Position numbers and translations under genes: made by a program
Assembly: GCA_028824685.1 (NCBI GenBank)
Contig: JAPPCZ010000055.1
Span: forward strand, 4,673 to 68,672
DNA: 64,000 nt
Direction of reading: 5' to 3'
Source: Candidatus Poribacteria bacterium
Lineage (GTDB): Bacteria; Poribacteria; WGA-4E; WGA-3G
Shown here: positions 37,837 through 47,650 of the stretch, piece by piece
Layout: each line of letters starts with the position of its first letter
Position numbering within the stretch: position 1 is the first letter of the stretch
Notes under the pieces: generated by a model
Told to the model about the DNA's origin: nothing
The model's database searches: none
Seen by the model: the letters and a program-made list of their open reading frames with translations, nothing else

Positions 37837-39046
37837 AAAAGTGATCTTGTTGTTTTTAGCGATTATAGTTGCTGGAGTTCTCTTAGCATTTTCTACATGG
37901 CGGCACTGGAACAACAATCAAAAAACGATACTCGAAAGAATGAGGCCGATTCCTCCAATTGCTGAGTTCAATCATGGTAGCTCAATAAGAAGTATTGCTT
38001 TTTCTCCCAAGAATCCAGACCATATTGCAAGTGCAGGAGAGGGGAATAAAGTAAAGGTATGGAACATAAACAACACAAAATTACCTGAAAAGGTGCTGAT
38101 AGCTCACCCTCCCAAAGAAGGTGGTATTCCTTTATTTGTAAATTTCATCACTTTTTCGCCTACAGGGAAATGGTTTGTCAGTAATTGCATTCGGAAGTTT
38201 TCATTTTGGGATATCTCCTCATGGAAGGAAATTAATTCTATAGAGATACCCGCAGGAGATTTAGTTATTTCTCCAAAGGGCACATATTTTGCATCAGCAT
38301 CTAACGATGTAAAATTGCTGAAAATTAGTGATCCAAATAAAGTGTGCGAAATTATCTTATTACCACCTAAGATCGGCTGGGAATCTGTTGCACTGGAAGA
38401 TTTAAATATAGCAAATTCTAAATCTGAAAGAACCATAATTAAAAATCAAAATACCATTACAAAATATAGAAATGCATCGTTGACTCAACAATATAAAGCA
38501 ATTGACTTTTCACATGATGGAAAATGGATCGCTGCTGCTGGACAGATGTATGATTTTACCAGTGAAAAATGGACCCACAAAATAAAAATATGGGATTTAC
38601 ATCGGAAACAGCTATTTAAGATTATTGAGAGATATATTACCGAAAAACCCCAAACCAAGAATGACACAAATCGATTATATCAGCCTTTTTACTCCAGTGA
38701 TATTCGATCAATTAAGTTTTCTCCTGATAATCGTTTTTTTGCTGTTGGGGCTCGGAATGGGTTGACGATATGGTCTATACCAGAGTGGAATATTTACCAC
38801 GAAATCTTGCATCAACAAATATGGGATATCGCCTTTTCACCAGATAGTACGATGTATGCAGTTACAAATGTTAAAGGGATAACCCTATGGTCGGTAGAAA
38901 CTCTCACGCCTATCGTGCTGCTTACGGGATCGGGTTTATACGGTAATAGCCTAATTGAGTTTTCACCCGATGGCAGTACGCTTGCTGGCGGCGGCATGGA
39001 TGGGGTTGTCCGACTTTGGGATGTGAGGAATATAAATGAAAAATAA
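37826..39046 (+). CDS. N-terminally membrane-anchored WD40 beta-propeller protein, array copy 4
   Basis: MNGKKVILLFLAIIVAGVLLAFSTWRHWNNNQKTILERMRPIPPIAEFNHG. Blades (KVKVWNINN, FSFWDISSW, IKIWDLHRKQLFK, LTIWSIPEWNIYHE, ITLWSVETL, GVVRLWDVRNINEK). Confidence 0.65.
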   Translation: MNGKKVILLFLAIIVAGVLLAFSTWRHWNNNQKTILERMRPIPPIAEFNHGSSIRSIAFSPKNPDHIASAGEGNKVKVWNINNTKLPEKVLIAHPPKEGGIPLFVNFITFSPTGKWFVSNCIRKFSFWDISSWKEINSIEIPAGDLVISPKGTYFASASNDVKLLKISDPNKVCEIILLPPKIGWESVALEDLNIANSKSERTIIKNQNTITKYRNASLTQQYKAIDFSHDGKWIAAAGQMYDFTSEKWTHKIKIWDLHRKQLFKIIERYITEKPQTKNDTNRLYQPFYSSDIRSIKFSPDNRFFAVGARNGLTIWSIPEWNIYHEILHQQIWDIAFSPDSTMYAVTNVKGITLWSVETLTPIVLLTGSGLYGNSLIEFSPDGSTLAGGGMDGVVRLWDVRNINEK

Positions 39047-41060
39047 AAACATCTTACTTCTATCAGTAATCTTGATTATAGCAGTTGTCGGTGTTGTATT
39101 GTATTTCATTTTACGTCTGCCGCCGCAGGAATTGTTCCCACAGATATTCGCGCAGCTACCTGAAAAACCGAAACTCATAGCGGAATTCAATCATGGTGCA
39201 ACGCTTGATTCTGACGCGATTCCTTTTGAGGGTTTTACTCTCACAGACGCTACACCAATTTATTCTGTCGCCTTCTCCCCGATAGATGCTTCTCTCATAG
39301 CAAGCGTTAATGCAAACGGTTCCATAAAGTTATGGAACATAAACAACACCAAAGAACCTGTAAAAATTCTTAGACATCCTGGTGTATATCCAATCATCCG
39401 TTTTTCTCCCACAGGTGAACTGCTTGCAAGTGCGGGTTATGGAAAACTGGTATTTTGGGATGTTGCTTCTGGAACAAAGCTTAATTCACTTGAAGCAGCT
39501 GGTGGAGATTTTGCTCTTTCCCCGAATGGTCAACTCGCGACAACCCCGGATGATGTGAAACTCTGGGATATTCGGAATCCAAAGGAGATAAAAGAAGTAG
39601 CGACACTACCGTTCGACGAAGAGCATAAAATCAGAAGTTGGGCATGTGCAGTAGCTATCTCAACAGATGGTAAATTGATTGCCGCTGGATACGCCAATGG
39701 TTATGTGAATGTTTGGAATCTACAGACCAAACAGCATGTGAAAACTTTAAAAACACCCTTTATAGAAATGAGATATTTAAAGTTTTCAACTAATCGCAAA
39801 TACTTGGTCAGTGGAGGTAATGAATGGAAACATAGCGGCCCGAGAGGTTACGTTATGTGGGAATTACTAAGTTGGCAACGTCACGGCGAAGTGCAACGTG
39901 GACACATCGAAAATTTGGCGTTCTCACCAGACGGAAAGATATGTGCAAGTGCCAATCATCAGTCCTATTCTGGAAGAGGGGTAGAACTCTGGACAGTTAA
40001 GAGCGGTGCACCAATTACTGTATTACCAACTGCAAGGGATGTATCGTTTTCGCAAGATGGGAAAAGGATCGCAAGCGGTAACGATGATGGCATTGTCCAA
40101 TTATGGGAACTTACGTCTCAGCAATTAGCGTTAGCCTCTATCCCCACCGACATGGTGCGGTTAATTTATGTCCCGTCAGAAGATGAAGAACCTCCGCCAG
40201 ACATTACAGTAAAATTAGATAAATCAATAAGAGAGGCACAAGACTTCTACGCGGATGAGATGGAACGACACGGTTTCGGCAGAAAAACTTTTACGTTTGA
40301 AACTGATGAGAATGGAAAAGCCAAGATATATCATGGTAAATACAATCAAACCAATATCGATCTGTCAAACGACATCTGGCTAATAATTGGAGGAGATGAA
40401 TCACAGATTTTCCCGTCAGATCCGACATCACTCTATATTGATCATTATGATACATTCTCTTATACTCGTAATGACGGATATTCCACTAAAAACAATGTAT
40501 GGAGAGAGAAAATAAAAGGAATCATCAAGGCAACACATGTTCAGGCATCCGTTAAATTCCTTGATCGGAAATCTGTTGCGTATGCTCTTAGAAGTGCTTT
40601 TAGTGTGCCTGGTATCCACACAGAGCCTGAGCCAAACGCTTTAAAACGTCTTTTCTCCCGTGTTAACGACAAGATGCCTTGGGGAAAAAGATGGGCAAAA
40701 CTGTCCAGATGTGAGGCTGAATGGTTAGATAAAAGCCGCTACTTTAACCCAAACCAACCTTTTTTTGATAAAGCACCAAAGATGGAGATGCGTGTATCCG
40801 TTCCTAAAGATAACGGTCTGCGGCACTTCATATTTGATGTTGCAGATGAAGATGGTATGCACCATGCACAACTGTTTGTAATTCAAAGGTGGAAATTGAA
40901 GTTTCATAATTGCCAAGCTCTAAACGGTAAACAAGAAGCAACCATTGCATTTGAAATCACAGATGCGAAAATAAAGACGGTTAAACTTCGGATGATTGAT
41001 ATGCATGGAAACATCGCAGCACGTGATTTCCAAATTCAGGAAAAAACAGATGAAAAATAA
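39036..41060 (+). CDS. N-terminally membrane-anchored WD40 beta-propeller protein with additional about 270-aa C-terminal domain of unknown function, array copy 5
   Basis: MKNKNILLLSVILIIAVVGVVLYF anchor. PEKPKLIAEFNHG linker. Blades (SIKLWNINN, LVFWDVASG, VKLWDIRNP, VNVWNLQTKQHVK, GIVQLWELTSQQ). C-terminal domain VRLIYVPSEDEEPPPDITVKLDKSIREAQDFYADEMERHGFGRKTFTFETDENGKAKIYHGKY ... PWGKRWAKLSRCEAEWLDKSRYFNPNQPFFDK ... MIDMHGNIAARDF. Confidence 0.65.
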   Translation: MKNKNILLLSVILIIAVVGVVLYFILRLPPQELFPQIFAQLPEKPKLIAEFNHGATLDSDAIPFEGFTLTDATPIYSVAFSPIDASLIASVNANGSIKLWNINNTKEPVKILRHPGVYPIIRFSPTGELLASAGYGKLVFWDVASGTKLNSLEAAGGDFALSPNGQLATTPDDVKLWDIRNPKEIKEVATLPFDEEHKIRSWACAVAISTDGKLIAAGYANGYVNVWNLQTKQHVKTLKTPFIEMRYLKFSTNRKYLVSGGNEWKHSGPRGYVMWELLSWQRHGEVQRGHIENLAFSPDGKICASANHQSYSGRGVELWTVKSGAPITVLPTARDVSFSQDGKRIASGNDDGIVQLWELTSQQLALASIPTDMVRLIYVPSEDEEPPPDITVKLDKSIREAQDFYADEMERHGFGRKTFTFETDENGKAKIYHGKYNQTNIDLSNDIWLIIGGDESQIFPSDPTSLYIDHYDTFSYTRNDGYSTKNNVWREKIKGIIKATHVQASVKFLDRKSVAYALRSAFSVPGIHTEPEPNALKRLFSRVNDKMPWGKRWAKLSRCEAEWLDKSRYFNPNQPFFDKAPKMEMRVSVPKDNGLRHFIFDVADEDGMHHAQLFVIQRWKLKFHNCQALNGKQEATIAFEITDAKIKTVKLRMIDMHGNIAARDFQIQEKTDEK

Positions 41061-42879
41061 AAAAATATTACTCTTTTTTTTAATTTTGGCAGTAGCAGTT
41101 GTTGGGATTGTAGTATATTTCATCTCACGTCCGCCGCAGCATCAGGAATTGCTCCCACAGACATTCGCGCAGCTGCCTGAAAAACCGAAACTCATAGATG
41201 AATTCCATCATGGACTCTGGGTTTATTCCGTAGCAATTTCACCTACTGATCCATCCCTTGTTGCGGGTGTAGATCAAGATGGCACTATAAAGCTATGGAA
41301 CAGAAACGACACAAAGAAAATATTCAAATTCTTCAGACATCCTGAAAAAATTCCGTCCATTGGTTTCTCACCCATAGGTAAATTGCTTGCGTGTGCTGGC
41401 TATGGAACACTTACAATATGGGATGTTGTTTCAGGAACAAAGATCAATTCACTTGAGACATCATACCGTCAATTCGCTTTTTCGCCAGATGGGCAAAAAC
41501 TGGTGACAATTCGGGATAACAGAAAAGGAATACATGAACCAGGAGTGAAAATCTGGGATATCCGGAATCCTAAGAAAATAACGGAAATTGCTATCATCAA
41601 TATACCACATGCAACCAAAGGTTCGACATGCGCGATTGACATTTCGCCCGATGATAAATGGATCGCTGCCGGATATTCTAACGGAACTATACACGTATGG
41701 GATTTAAGTACCAAACAACTTGTCAAAACATTAGAAACATCTTTTTATCAGATGGATTATTTAAAGTTTTCCCCTAACAACAAATATATGGTCGCTGGTG
41801 GACGTGATCAGGAGGGGTATATCAATTATTCTGTGAAGTGGTTCATCATGTGGGAATTGCTAAGTTGGCAACGTTTGGGTGAGGTGCTTCGAGGAAATGT
41901 TGAAAATATGGTGTTCTCCCCAGATGGGAAGATATGCGTGGGGGCAAATGATTGGTCTCATCACGGACGGGGTGTTGAAATCTGGTCAACTACGAATGGT
42001 GAGCCAATTTCTTCATTACCAACGGAGGCAACGGATGTTTCATTTTCACATGATGGCAACCTTCTCGCCACTGGAGGCAAGGATGGTTTTGTTCGAGTGT
42101 GGGAGCTTACGCAATCGCAATTAAATTTAGACAAAGTCCGCAACGATGTCGTGCGATTAATTTACTACTTACCGAAAGATAAAGAACCCTCCCCAAACAT
42201 TACACAAAAAATAGATAAAACTATAAGAAAGGTTCAAAAGCACTACGCAGATGAGATGGAACGACACGGTTTCGGCAGAAAAACTTTTACTTTTGAAACC
42301 GATGAGAATGGAAAAGCCAAGATATATCACATGAAAGAAATACCGATCGGAGCACATGATTTGCAGTTGAACGATATCTGGCTTGTTTTTGTTGATTATG
42401 AGAACGATATTCAGTCAGTTCTTATTGATAACATGTTAAGACAGTTCAAATCAGCTGGGCGCAATTATCATCATTATGATAATACATTCACATTCCCTAC
42501 AAGGAGGAAGGGGGTTTTTAAAGACAAAATTGGGATGTATGATATTAAGGGATTCACAGGAGATGGCAGTTTTGTCTATGCTAAAAAGAAGGGCATTGAT
42601 TGGAAATTAATAGTATACTCACTTAAGCATAAATTTGACGTATTACATCGGAGACATCATTTACCTAAGTATGAACCTAACGTAGTTAAAAGGGTTTTCA
42701 AGGGTATTAACAGTATTATGCCATGGGGCAAGAGTTGGGTGAAATTGTCTAAGTGTGAAGCAGAATGGTTGGATAAGAGTCGTTTCTTCAACCCAAACCA
42801 ACCTTTCTTTGACAAACGACCAGATATTGAAATAAGCATAATAAAAACTGATATTGGTTCAAAAAAAAATTCCAGTTAA
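41050..42879 (+). CDS. N-terminally membrane-anchored WD40 beta-propeller protein with C-terminal extra domain, array copy 6 (reading frame interrupted at an A9 tract; the C-terminal 84 codons continue in another frame to 43130)
   Basis: Start at MKNKKILLFF (overlaps the copy 5 stop; the track ORF begins at 40996). Paralog of copy 5 throughout (same ADEMERHGFGRKTFTFETDENGKAKIYH block; PWGKSWVKLSKCEAEWLDKSRFFNPNQPFFDK). The frame breaks at the A9 run at 42861-42869. Confidence 0.6.
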   Translation: MKNKKILLFFLILAVAVVGIVVYFISRPPQHQELLPQTFAQLPEKPKLIDEFHHGLWVYSVAISPTDPSLVAGVDQDGTIKLWNRNDTKKIFKFFRHPEKIPSIGFSPIGKLLACAGYGTLTIWDVVSGTKINSLETSYRQFAFSPDGQKLVTIRDNRKGIHEPGVKIWDIRNPKKITEIAIINIPHATKGSTCAIDISPDDKWIAAGYSNGTIHVWDLSTKQLVKTLETSFYQMDYLKFSPNNKYMVAGGRDQEGYINYSVKWFIMWELLSWQRLGEVLRGNVENMVFSPDGKICVGANDWSHHGRGVEIWSTTNGEPISSLPTEATDVSFSHDGNLLATGGKDGFVRVWELTQSQLNLDKVRNDVVRLIYYLPKDKEPSPNITQKIDKTIRKVQKHYADEMERHGFGRKTFTFETDENGKAKIYHMKEIPIGAHDLQLNDIWLVFVDYENDIQSVLIDNMLRQFKSAGRNYHHYDNTFTFPTRRKGVFKDKIGMYDIKGFTGDGSFVYAKKKGIDWKLIVYSLKHKFDVLHRRHHLPKYEPNVVKRVFKGINSIMPWGKSWVKLSKCEAEWLDKSRFFNPNQPFFDKRPDIEISIIKTDIGSKKNSS

Positions 42880-43130
42880 CTGCATCTGATGATGATGGAA
42901 TACATCAACTTCAACTGTTTGTCACTGAGAAATCAGAAAAACATTATTGGTTACACAAACTTCAAGGGTGTCAAGCACTAAACGGTAAAAAGAAGGCGAC
43001 CGTTGAATTTGGAATATCCAATCCCAAAATTGAGGAAGGTGAAATTCGGATGATTGATATGTATGGAAATATCGCATCACGAGAATTCAGATTTTTGGAG
43101 AAAACATCAGAACAAGATAAAGAACCGTAG
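42874..43130 (+). pseudogene. Out-of-frame continuation of array copy 6 (C-terminal about 84 codons homologous to the copy 5 C-terminus)
   Basis: Translation QLTASDDDGIHQLQLFVTEKSEKHYWLHKLQGCQALNGKKKATVEFGISNPKIEEGEIRMIDMYGNIASREFRFLEKTSEQDKEP aligns with copy 5 FIFDVADEDGMHHAQLFVIQRWKLKFHNCQALNGKQEATIAFEITDAKIKTVKLRMIDMHGNIAARDFQIQEKTDEK. Adding one A to the A9 run would restore a single ORF 41050-43130. Confidence 0.6.
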
Positions 43131-43152
43131 AATATACAAGAAAGGAGTACAG

Positions 43153-43665
43153 ATGTCTAAAAGAATTGCAATCTTCCCAGCAAGTTTCGACCCGATCACG
43201 CTCGGTCATGTGGACTTAATTGATCGGGTTTGCAAACTTGACGTGTTTGATGAACTCGTCATCGTTATCGGTGTGAACCCGGCAAAACAGGAACGGTTCA
43301 CGATTGAAGAACGCATCCAGATGCTTGACGAGGTCATCAAACCTTATCCGAAAGCTACTATTGCGGGGGACGCTGGGTTGATGGTGCATTACGCGCAAAC
43401 ACGTGGGGCATGTGCTATCATTCGCGGACTACGCGAAATCTCCGATTTTGAATGGGAATTCAAAATGGCACGGATGAATCAACAAATCGCTCCAGAAATT
43501 GATACGCTCTTTATGGTTGCAAATAAACAATACGCACATATCAGCTCAACACTCGTGATGGAGGTTGTGGAGATGGGGCAAGGCAAATTGAGTGAAGAGA
43601 AATTGTTGGAGATGGTGCCACCGGTTGTCGTTGAATTTATCAAGCAGAAATATCATGTCCAGTAA
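43153..43665 (+). CDS. coaD: Phosphopantetheine adenylyltransferase
   Basis: Start at MSKRIAIFPASFDPITLGHVDLI with the RBS aaaggag; the track ORF is extended upstream to 43054. H/TxGH nucleotidyltransferase motif and ISSTLVMEVVEMG, typical of CoaD. Confidence 0.9.
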   Translation: MSKRIAIFPASFDPITLGHVDLIDRVCKLDVFDELVIVIGVNPAKQERFTIEERIQMLDEVIKPYPKATIAGDAGLMVHYAQTRGACAIIRGLREISDFEWEFKMARMNQQIAPEIDTLFMVANKQYAHISSTLVMEVVEMGQGKLSEEKLLEMVPPVVVEFIKQKYHVQ

Positions 43666-43705
43666 TTTGCAGGCACCATTGAAATCCCATCTGAAAATAA
43701 ATCAA

Positions 43706-46051
43706 CTAAAACCGATTATCTAAACTCACGCTTACATTGAAGCCCGGTGCATTCACGCCAGACCCATGTGGACGATACCGACGATCCAACAGGTTTTCAA
43801 GTGATAATGTCAAACGCGTATAGTCAAAGAGTTTAACACCACAGCGTACGTTGAGTGTCCACCATCCCGGTGTGCCTGCATCAACTGCATTGCTGTTGTC
43901 GTCAAATTCAACTTCCTGAGGGTTGCGTGTTTTTCCTTGTATCCGCGGGTCGCGGATGTCACTCCGATTTAGGCGTCTCTGTTCCGCAGCACCCCGCATA
44001 AACAACGTTGCCCAATACTGCGTATTTACCGGTTCCCACTGGATTCCTACAATACCGTTCAAAGGTGGTTCTCTCCGAGTGCGTGCTTCCCAAGGTTTAT
44101 CAGGATCGGGTTCTACACCGTTAATCAAAAGCACTTCCCCACGCAGCAACGCAGCATTCCCATAGATTGACAATGAAGAACCAATCGGTACCACTCCTGC
44201 TAACTCAACTCCCTGAAACTGCGCCTCATCAACGTTGTCAAACACGAGTACGTCAATACCTTCGTATTCCTTGATTAGGTCTTGAAGGAGTTTAGGAATT
44301 TCGTCTTCTTTGTATGCCTCTTGGACAGGTCTACGCGTAACTAAACCGTTGACCCTGCTGTGGAACAGTGTTAATGCACCACGAAAAGAGGCATGTTTCG
44401 CCTTGAGACCTCCCTCAACTGTCCACGAAGTCTCCGCTTCAAGGTCGGGACTCGGTGCCGTTACCCCCTCATTCGTCACCTCTACTGCTGTTGTATCGTT
44501 CAACGATGGCGCGCGAAACGCTGTGGCAAAACTACTCACAAAATTTAGATAATCTATCAAACCGACAACTATCCCCGCACTTCCTGTCAGACTACTGTCG
44601 GATTCATTGAATTCATCAAAAACCTCAGATCGTAGAGACAGGTCCGCATCGGTTTGATAAAGTGTTGCTCGTCCGCCAAGGATAAGTTCAACTCGTTCAT
44701 GTATCGTTATTTCATCTTGTAGGAACAGACTTGCATCCCAAAACTGCGAACCGTTGATAAATCGTCCAAAATTCTCATCAACAGTTTCTTTCCCTGTCTC
44801 AAGATCAGTTTCGACAGTCCGGCTTTGCAGCATGTCTAAGTAAAAATCACCACCACCCACCAAACGTTGCTGTGGAAGAATACTACTAACTATCTGCGCG
44901 CTTAAACCGATGGTATTAACCGTATCGTCCCGCTGTCTACGTGAAGTCGCATCGCGTTTTACCTCGTTCCGTCCTTCTTTCTGTCGGTGAAAAGAACCTG
45001 TGAATCTATATAGGTCAATGCTGGAGATTTCAGGATTCGCTACATAGTTAACGTATACAAGGTCGCGATTTTGCGGTTCAAAAAAGAATTCACTAAACTC
45101 CTGTGGTGCGATTTTATCATAACGTGGTGTTTGTGGTTGCCGCCACATTTGATAAGCAACATTGAGAGTTCTTCTTTCGTCAATTTGGTAAGCAACTTTA
45201 GCATCGGCATCGTAGGCTCTCCAACCCAGGGGGCCTTCATTGTCTACAAGCCATCTATCAGGAATATCATCTTTTGACAACTCACTCACTTCATCATAGT
45301 CATAAAGTTGCACACCGCTCGGCATTTCGTCTACTATTTCAAATTTACGGTTTTTGTAGTGAAGGTCGTATCCACCGCCAGGATTTAGATCTCCGTAGAA
45401 TCGCACTCCACCGCCAACACTGAATCCAAATCGTCTTTGGCTGCCAGTCACCTCTAACCTACCGATTCGTTCCTGTGTAGCGGTGGTATAGCGAGCAAGA
45501 AGTCGAGGATGTATTTCCCATGTTTCCTGCGCTGGATTTAGCGGGATTGCTTTCGTAAAGAAACTCACAACGCCCCCCATGGCACCGCTCCCATATAGTA
45601 CAGAACTTGATCCGAGTAGCACCTCTGCGCGGTCAAGGTTTTCCGGTGCTATGGTTGCAGTATATTGGTTTGGACCAGAGCGAAATGTTGAGTTATTGAG
45701 TCGAACCCAATCGACTTGAATTACTGTTTGATAGCCGGTTAAACTTCGGAGCATCGGTGAACCTTGACCGACAGTTGTTTGCTGTGCGATGACACCAACA
45801 GAATCCTGAAGTAGATTGGACGCTATATCTGCATTGGTCCGTTCTAATTGTTTTAAATTGAGTACAGTGATAGTGTTCGGTGTTTTAAATGGTTCTTTCT
45901 CGGCACGTGTGGCTGTCACCGTTATCTCCTGCATTTCCACAACGTTTTCGTCATTATATTCTTTAAGTTTCACTTTTGCGCCTGCATGGGGTTGCCAAAT
46001 TACAAAGAGTGCTATACTAAAAATAAGAAAAAGATAAAAGGGCTTTTGCAT
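43706..46051 (-). CDS. TonB-dependent outer-membrane receptor
   Basis: Signal peptide. Plug domain (ITVTATRAEKEP...VLNLKQLERTNADIASNLLQDSVGV...GSPMLRSLTGYQTVIQVDWVRLNNS). Long beta-barrel. C-terminal ...SVSLDNRF terminal aromatic. Confidence 0.85.
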   Translation of the reverse strand: MQKPFYLFLIFSIALFVIWQPHAGAKVKLKEYNDENVVEMQEITVTATRAEKEPFKTPNTITVLNLKQLERTNADIASNLLQDSVGVIAQQTTVGQGSPMLRSLTGYQTVIQVDWVRLNNSTFRSGPNQYTATIAPENLDRAEVLLGSSSVLYGSGAMGGVVSFFTKAIPLNPAQETWEIHPRLLARYTTATQERIGRLEVTGSQRRFGFSVGGGVRFYGDLNPGGGYDLHYKNRKFEIVDEMPSGVQLYDYDEVSELSKDDIPDRWLVDNEGPLGWRAYDADAKVAYQIDERRTLNVAYQMWRQPQTPRYDKIAPQEFSEFFFEPQNRDLVYVNYVANPEISSIDLYRFTGSFHRQKEGRNEVKRDATSRRQRDDTVNTIGLSAQIVSSILPQQRLVGGGDFYLDMLQSRTVETDLETGKETVDENFGRFINGSQFWDASLFLQDEITIHERVELILGGRATLYQTDADLSLRSEVFDEFNESDSSLTGSAGIVVGLIDYLNFVSSFATAFRAPSLNDTTAVEVTNEGVTAPSPDLEAETSWTVEGGLKAKHASFRGALTLFHSRVNGLVTRRPVQEAYKEDEIPKLLQDLIKEYEGIDVLVFDNVDEAQFQGVELAGVVPIGSSLSIYGNAALLRGEVLLINGVEPDPDKPWEARTRREPPLNGIVGIQWEPVNTQYWATLFMRGAAEQRRLNRSDIRDPRIQGKTRNPQEVEFDDNSNAVDAGTPGWWTLNVRCGVKLFDYTRLTLSLENLLDRRYRPHGSGVNAPGFNVSVSLDNRF

Positions 46052-46338
46052 GTTATTATTCTCCGTTCAATATTATTGTTCGTAATATTGTGTAAGGCTT
46101 CGTAGTATTTCAAAATTATATTTTATCAACTTAAGCAAATTTTATGCCATATATAATCCTAACAAAAACCGTGAATTTCAACCAGTTTTGGACAGAATTT
46201 GAATTAGAGTGTTCATTTTTTGAACAGTTGACAAATTGTAAGAACAGATTTCTAAATTATGCCGAACAGAATTAATTTCTTGATTTTTGTAATAGGGCGT
46301 GGTAACTTAAAGCAAAAAGAATTGAATGAGGAACATAC

Positions 46339-47340
46339 ATGGCTAAACAGAAATTAAAATTTGGATTCATCGGATGTGGTGGTAACTCACGGGGGCATGG
46401 ACGTAGTGTTTCAGGTGTTGAAAACGTAGAGATTGTCGCCCTTGCTGACCCAAGCGAAAACGCACTCAAAGGATTTAAAGAGACCGTCGGTTTAGACGAT
46501 TCAATCCCTATCTACGCAGACCATGTTGAAATGTTAACCGCTGCGAAACCAGATGCGGTTGTCATCAGTTCGCCGCACGGGCTGCATTTTGATCATATCA
46601 TGTCTGCGCTTGATGCAGGTTGCCACGTGCATACCGAAAAACCGATGGTGTGCACAGTAGACCACGCAAAACAGGTGATGGCAAAAGTCGAAGAGACCGG
46701 TTTGCATCTGATGATCGGCTACCAGCGTCATTTGAGTCCTACCTATCAATATTGCCGCAAAGTCGTGCAAAGTGGCGAACTTGGCAAAGTGAACTTTGTT
46801 GCTGCCCATCAATCACAGAATTGGTATCGGAATCAGCAAGGGAAATGGCGGCAAGACCCGTTCCTCGGCGGTGGTGGTCAACTGAACGATTCTGGCAGTC
46901 ATCTCATAGACATCCTCCTATGGGTACTTGAAGCAAGCCCAGACACAGTGTTTGCAATGATAGATAATTTGGATATTGAGGTAGATGTCCTTACAGCAAT
47001 GTCAATCAAATTTGATACAGGCGCGCTGTGTAATATCAGTATCGTTGGGCATGCCCATGGTGGTGTCCAAGAAGATTTTTCTATTTGGCTGGAAGATGGC
47101 GCGCTCTTTTTACGCGCGGGGCAATTATACCGTCAAGGGACTGGAGGCAAACCAGAACAGGTTGATGAATCTGAGCTACCTAAAGGCGGTAACAAAGATG
47201 CTGCCTTTATTGAACTTATCCGTGGCGAACGGACAGAGAATCCTATCGGTGTTGAAAACGGATTGCGAGTTATTCAATTAACCGAAGCTGCATGGCAGTC
47301 TGCGGACCTTGGCAGATCTGTCAAGGTTGATCTCAGTTAA
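46339..47340 (+). CDS. Gfo/Idh/MocA-family NAD(P)-dependent oxidoreductase
   Basis: KLKFGFIGCGGNSRGH Rossmann N-terminus; EKPMVCTVDHAKQVM consensus for the family. Confidence 0.85.
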   Translation: MAKQKLKFGFIGCGGNSRGHGRSVSGVENVEIVALADPSENALKGFKETVGLDDSIPIYADHVEMLTAAKPDAVVISSPHGLHFDHIMSALDAGCHVHTEKPMVCTVDHAKQVMAKVEETGLHLMIGYQRHLSPTYQYCRKVVQSGELGKVNFVAAHQSQNWYRNQQGKWRQDPFLGGGGQLNDSGSHLIDILLWVLEASPDTVFAMIDNLDIEVDVLTAMSIKFDTGALCNISIVGHAHGGVQEDFSIWLEDGALFLRAGQLYRQGTGGKPEQVDESELPKGGNKDAAFIELIRGERTENPIGVENGLRVIQLTEAAWQSADLGRSVKVDLS

Positions 47341-47404
47341 GATACTGTGGTTATACGAAATGGAAACAAATACTTATTTTTTGCCTCATAATTAGAGATA
47401 CAAT

Positions 47405-47650
47405 ATGAATCAAAGAGAGGCTCTGTTTGAAAAAGCGCAACAAAACCCAAACGGATTGAAGTATTCCGAGTTTGAACGGCTTATGCGCGGATGTGGATGG
47501 ACGCAACGCCGACAAAGAGGTAGTCATCGGATTTGGTATTCTCCCAAAGGATATAGATTATCAATTCAACCGAACAAGTCAATGGCTAAAGGTTACCAAG
47601 TAAGGCAATTTTTAGCACAATACAACAAGGAAAATGAAGATGAAGAATAA
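47405..47650 (+). CDS. hicA: HicA-family toxin (type II TA)
   Basis: 81 aa. LKYSEFERLMRGCGWTQRRQRGSHRIWYSPKG matches the HicA/YcfA double-stranded-RNA-binding-like fold with the conserved GSH motif. Confidence 0.7.
   Translation: MNQREALFEKAQQNPNGLKYSEFERLMRGCGWTQRRQRGSHRIWYSPKGYRLSIQPNKSMAKGYQVRQFLAQYNKENEDEE

Noticed and set aside
42880-43130. Separate small gene downstream of the last WD40 gene (and the track ORF 43054-43665 that extends coaD upstream)
   Set aside because: The segment is the out-of-frame C-terminus of the array copy 6 gene, shown by homology to copy 5. coaD most plausibly starts at 43153 (MSKRIAIF, with RBS), not at 43054.
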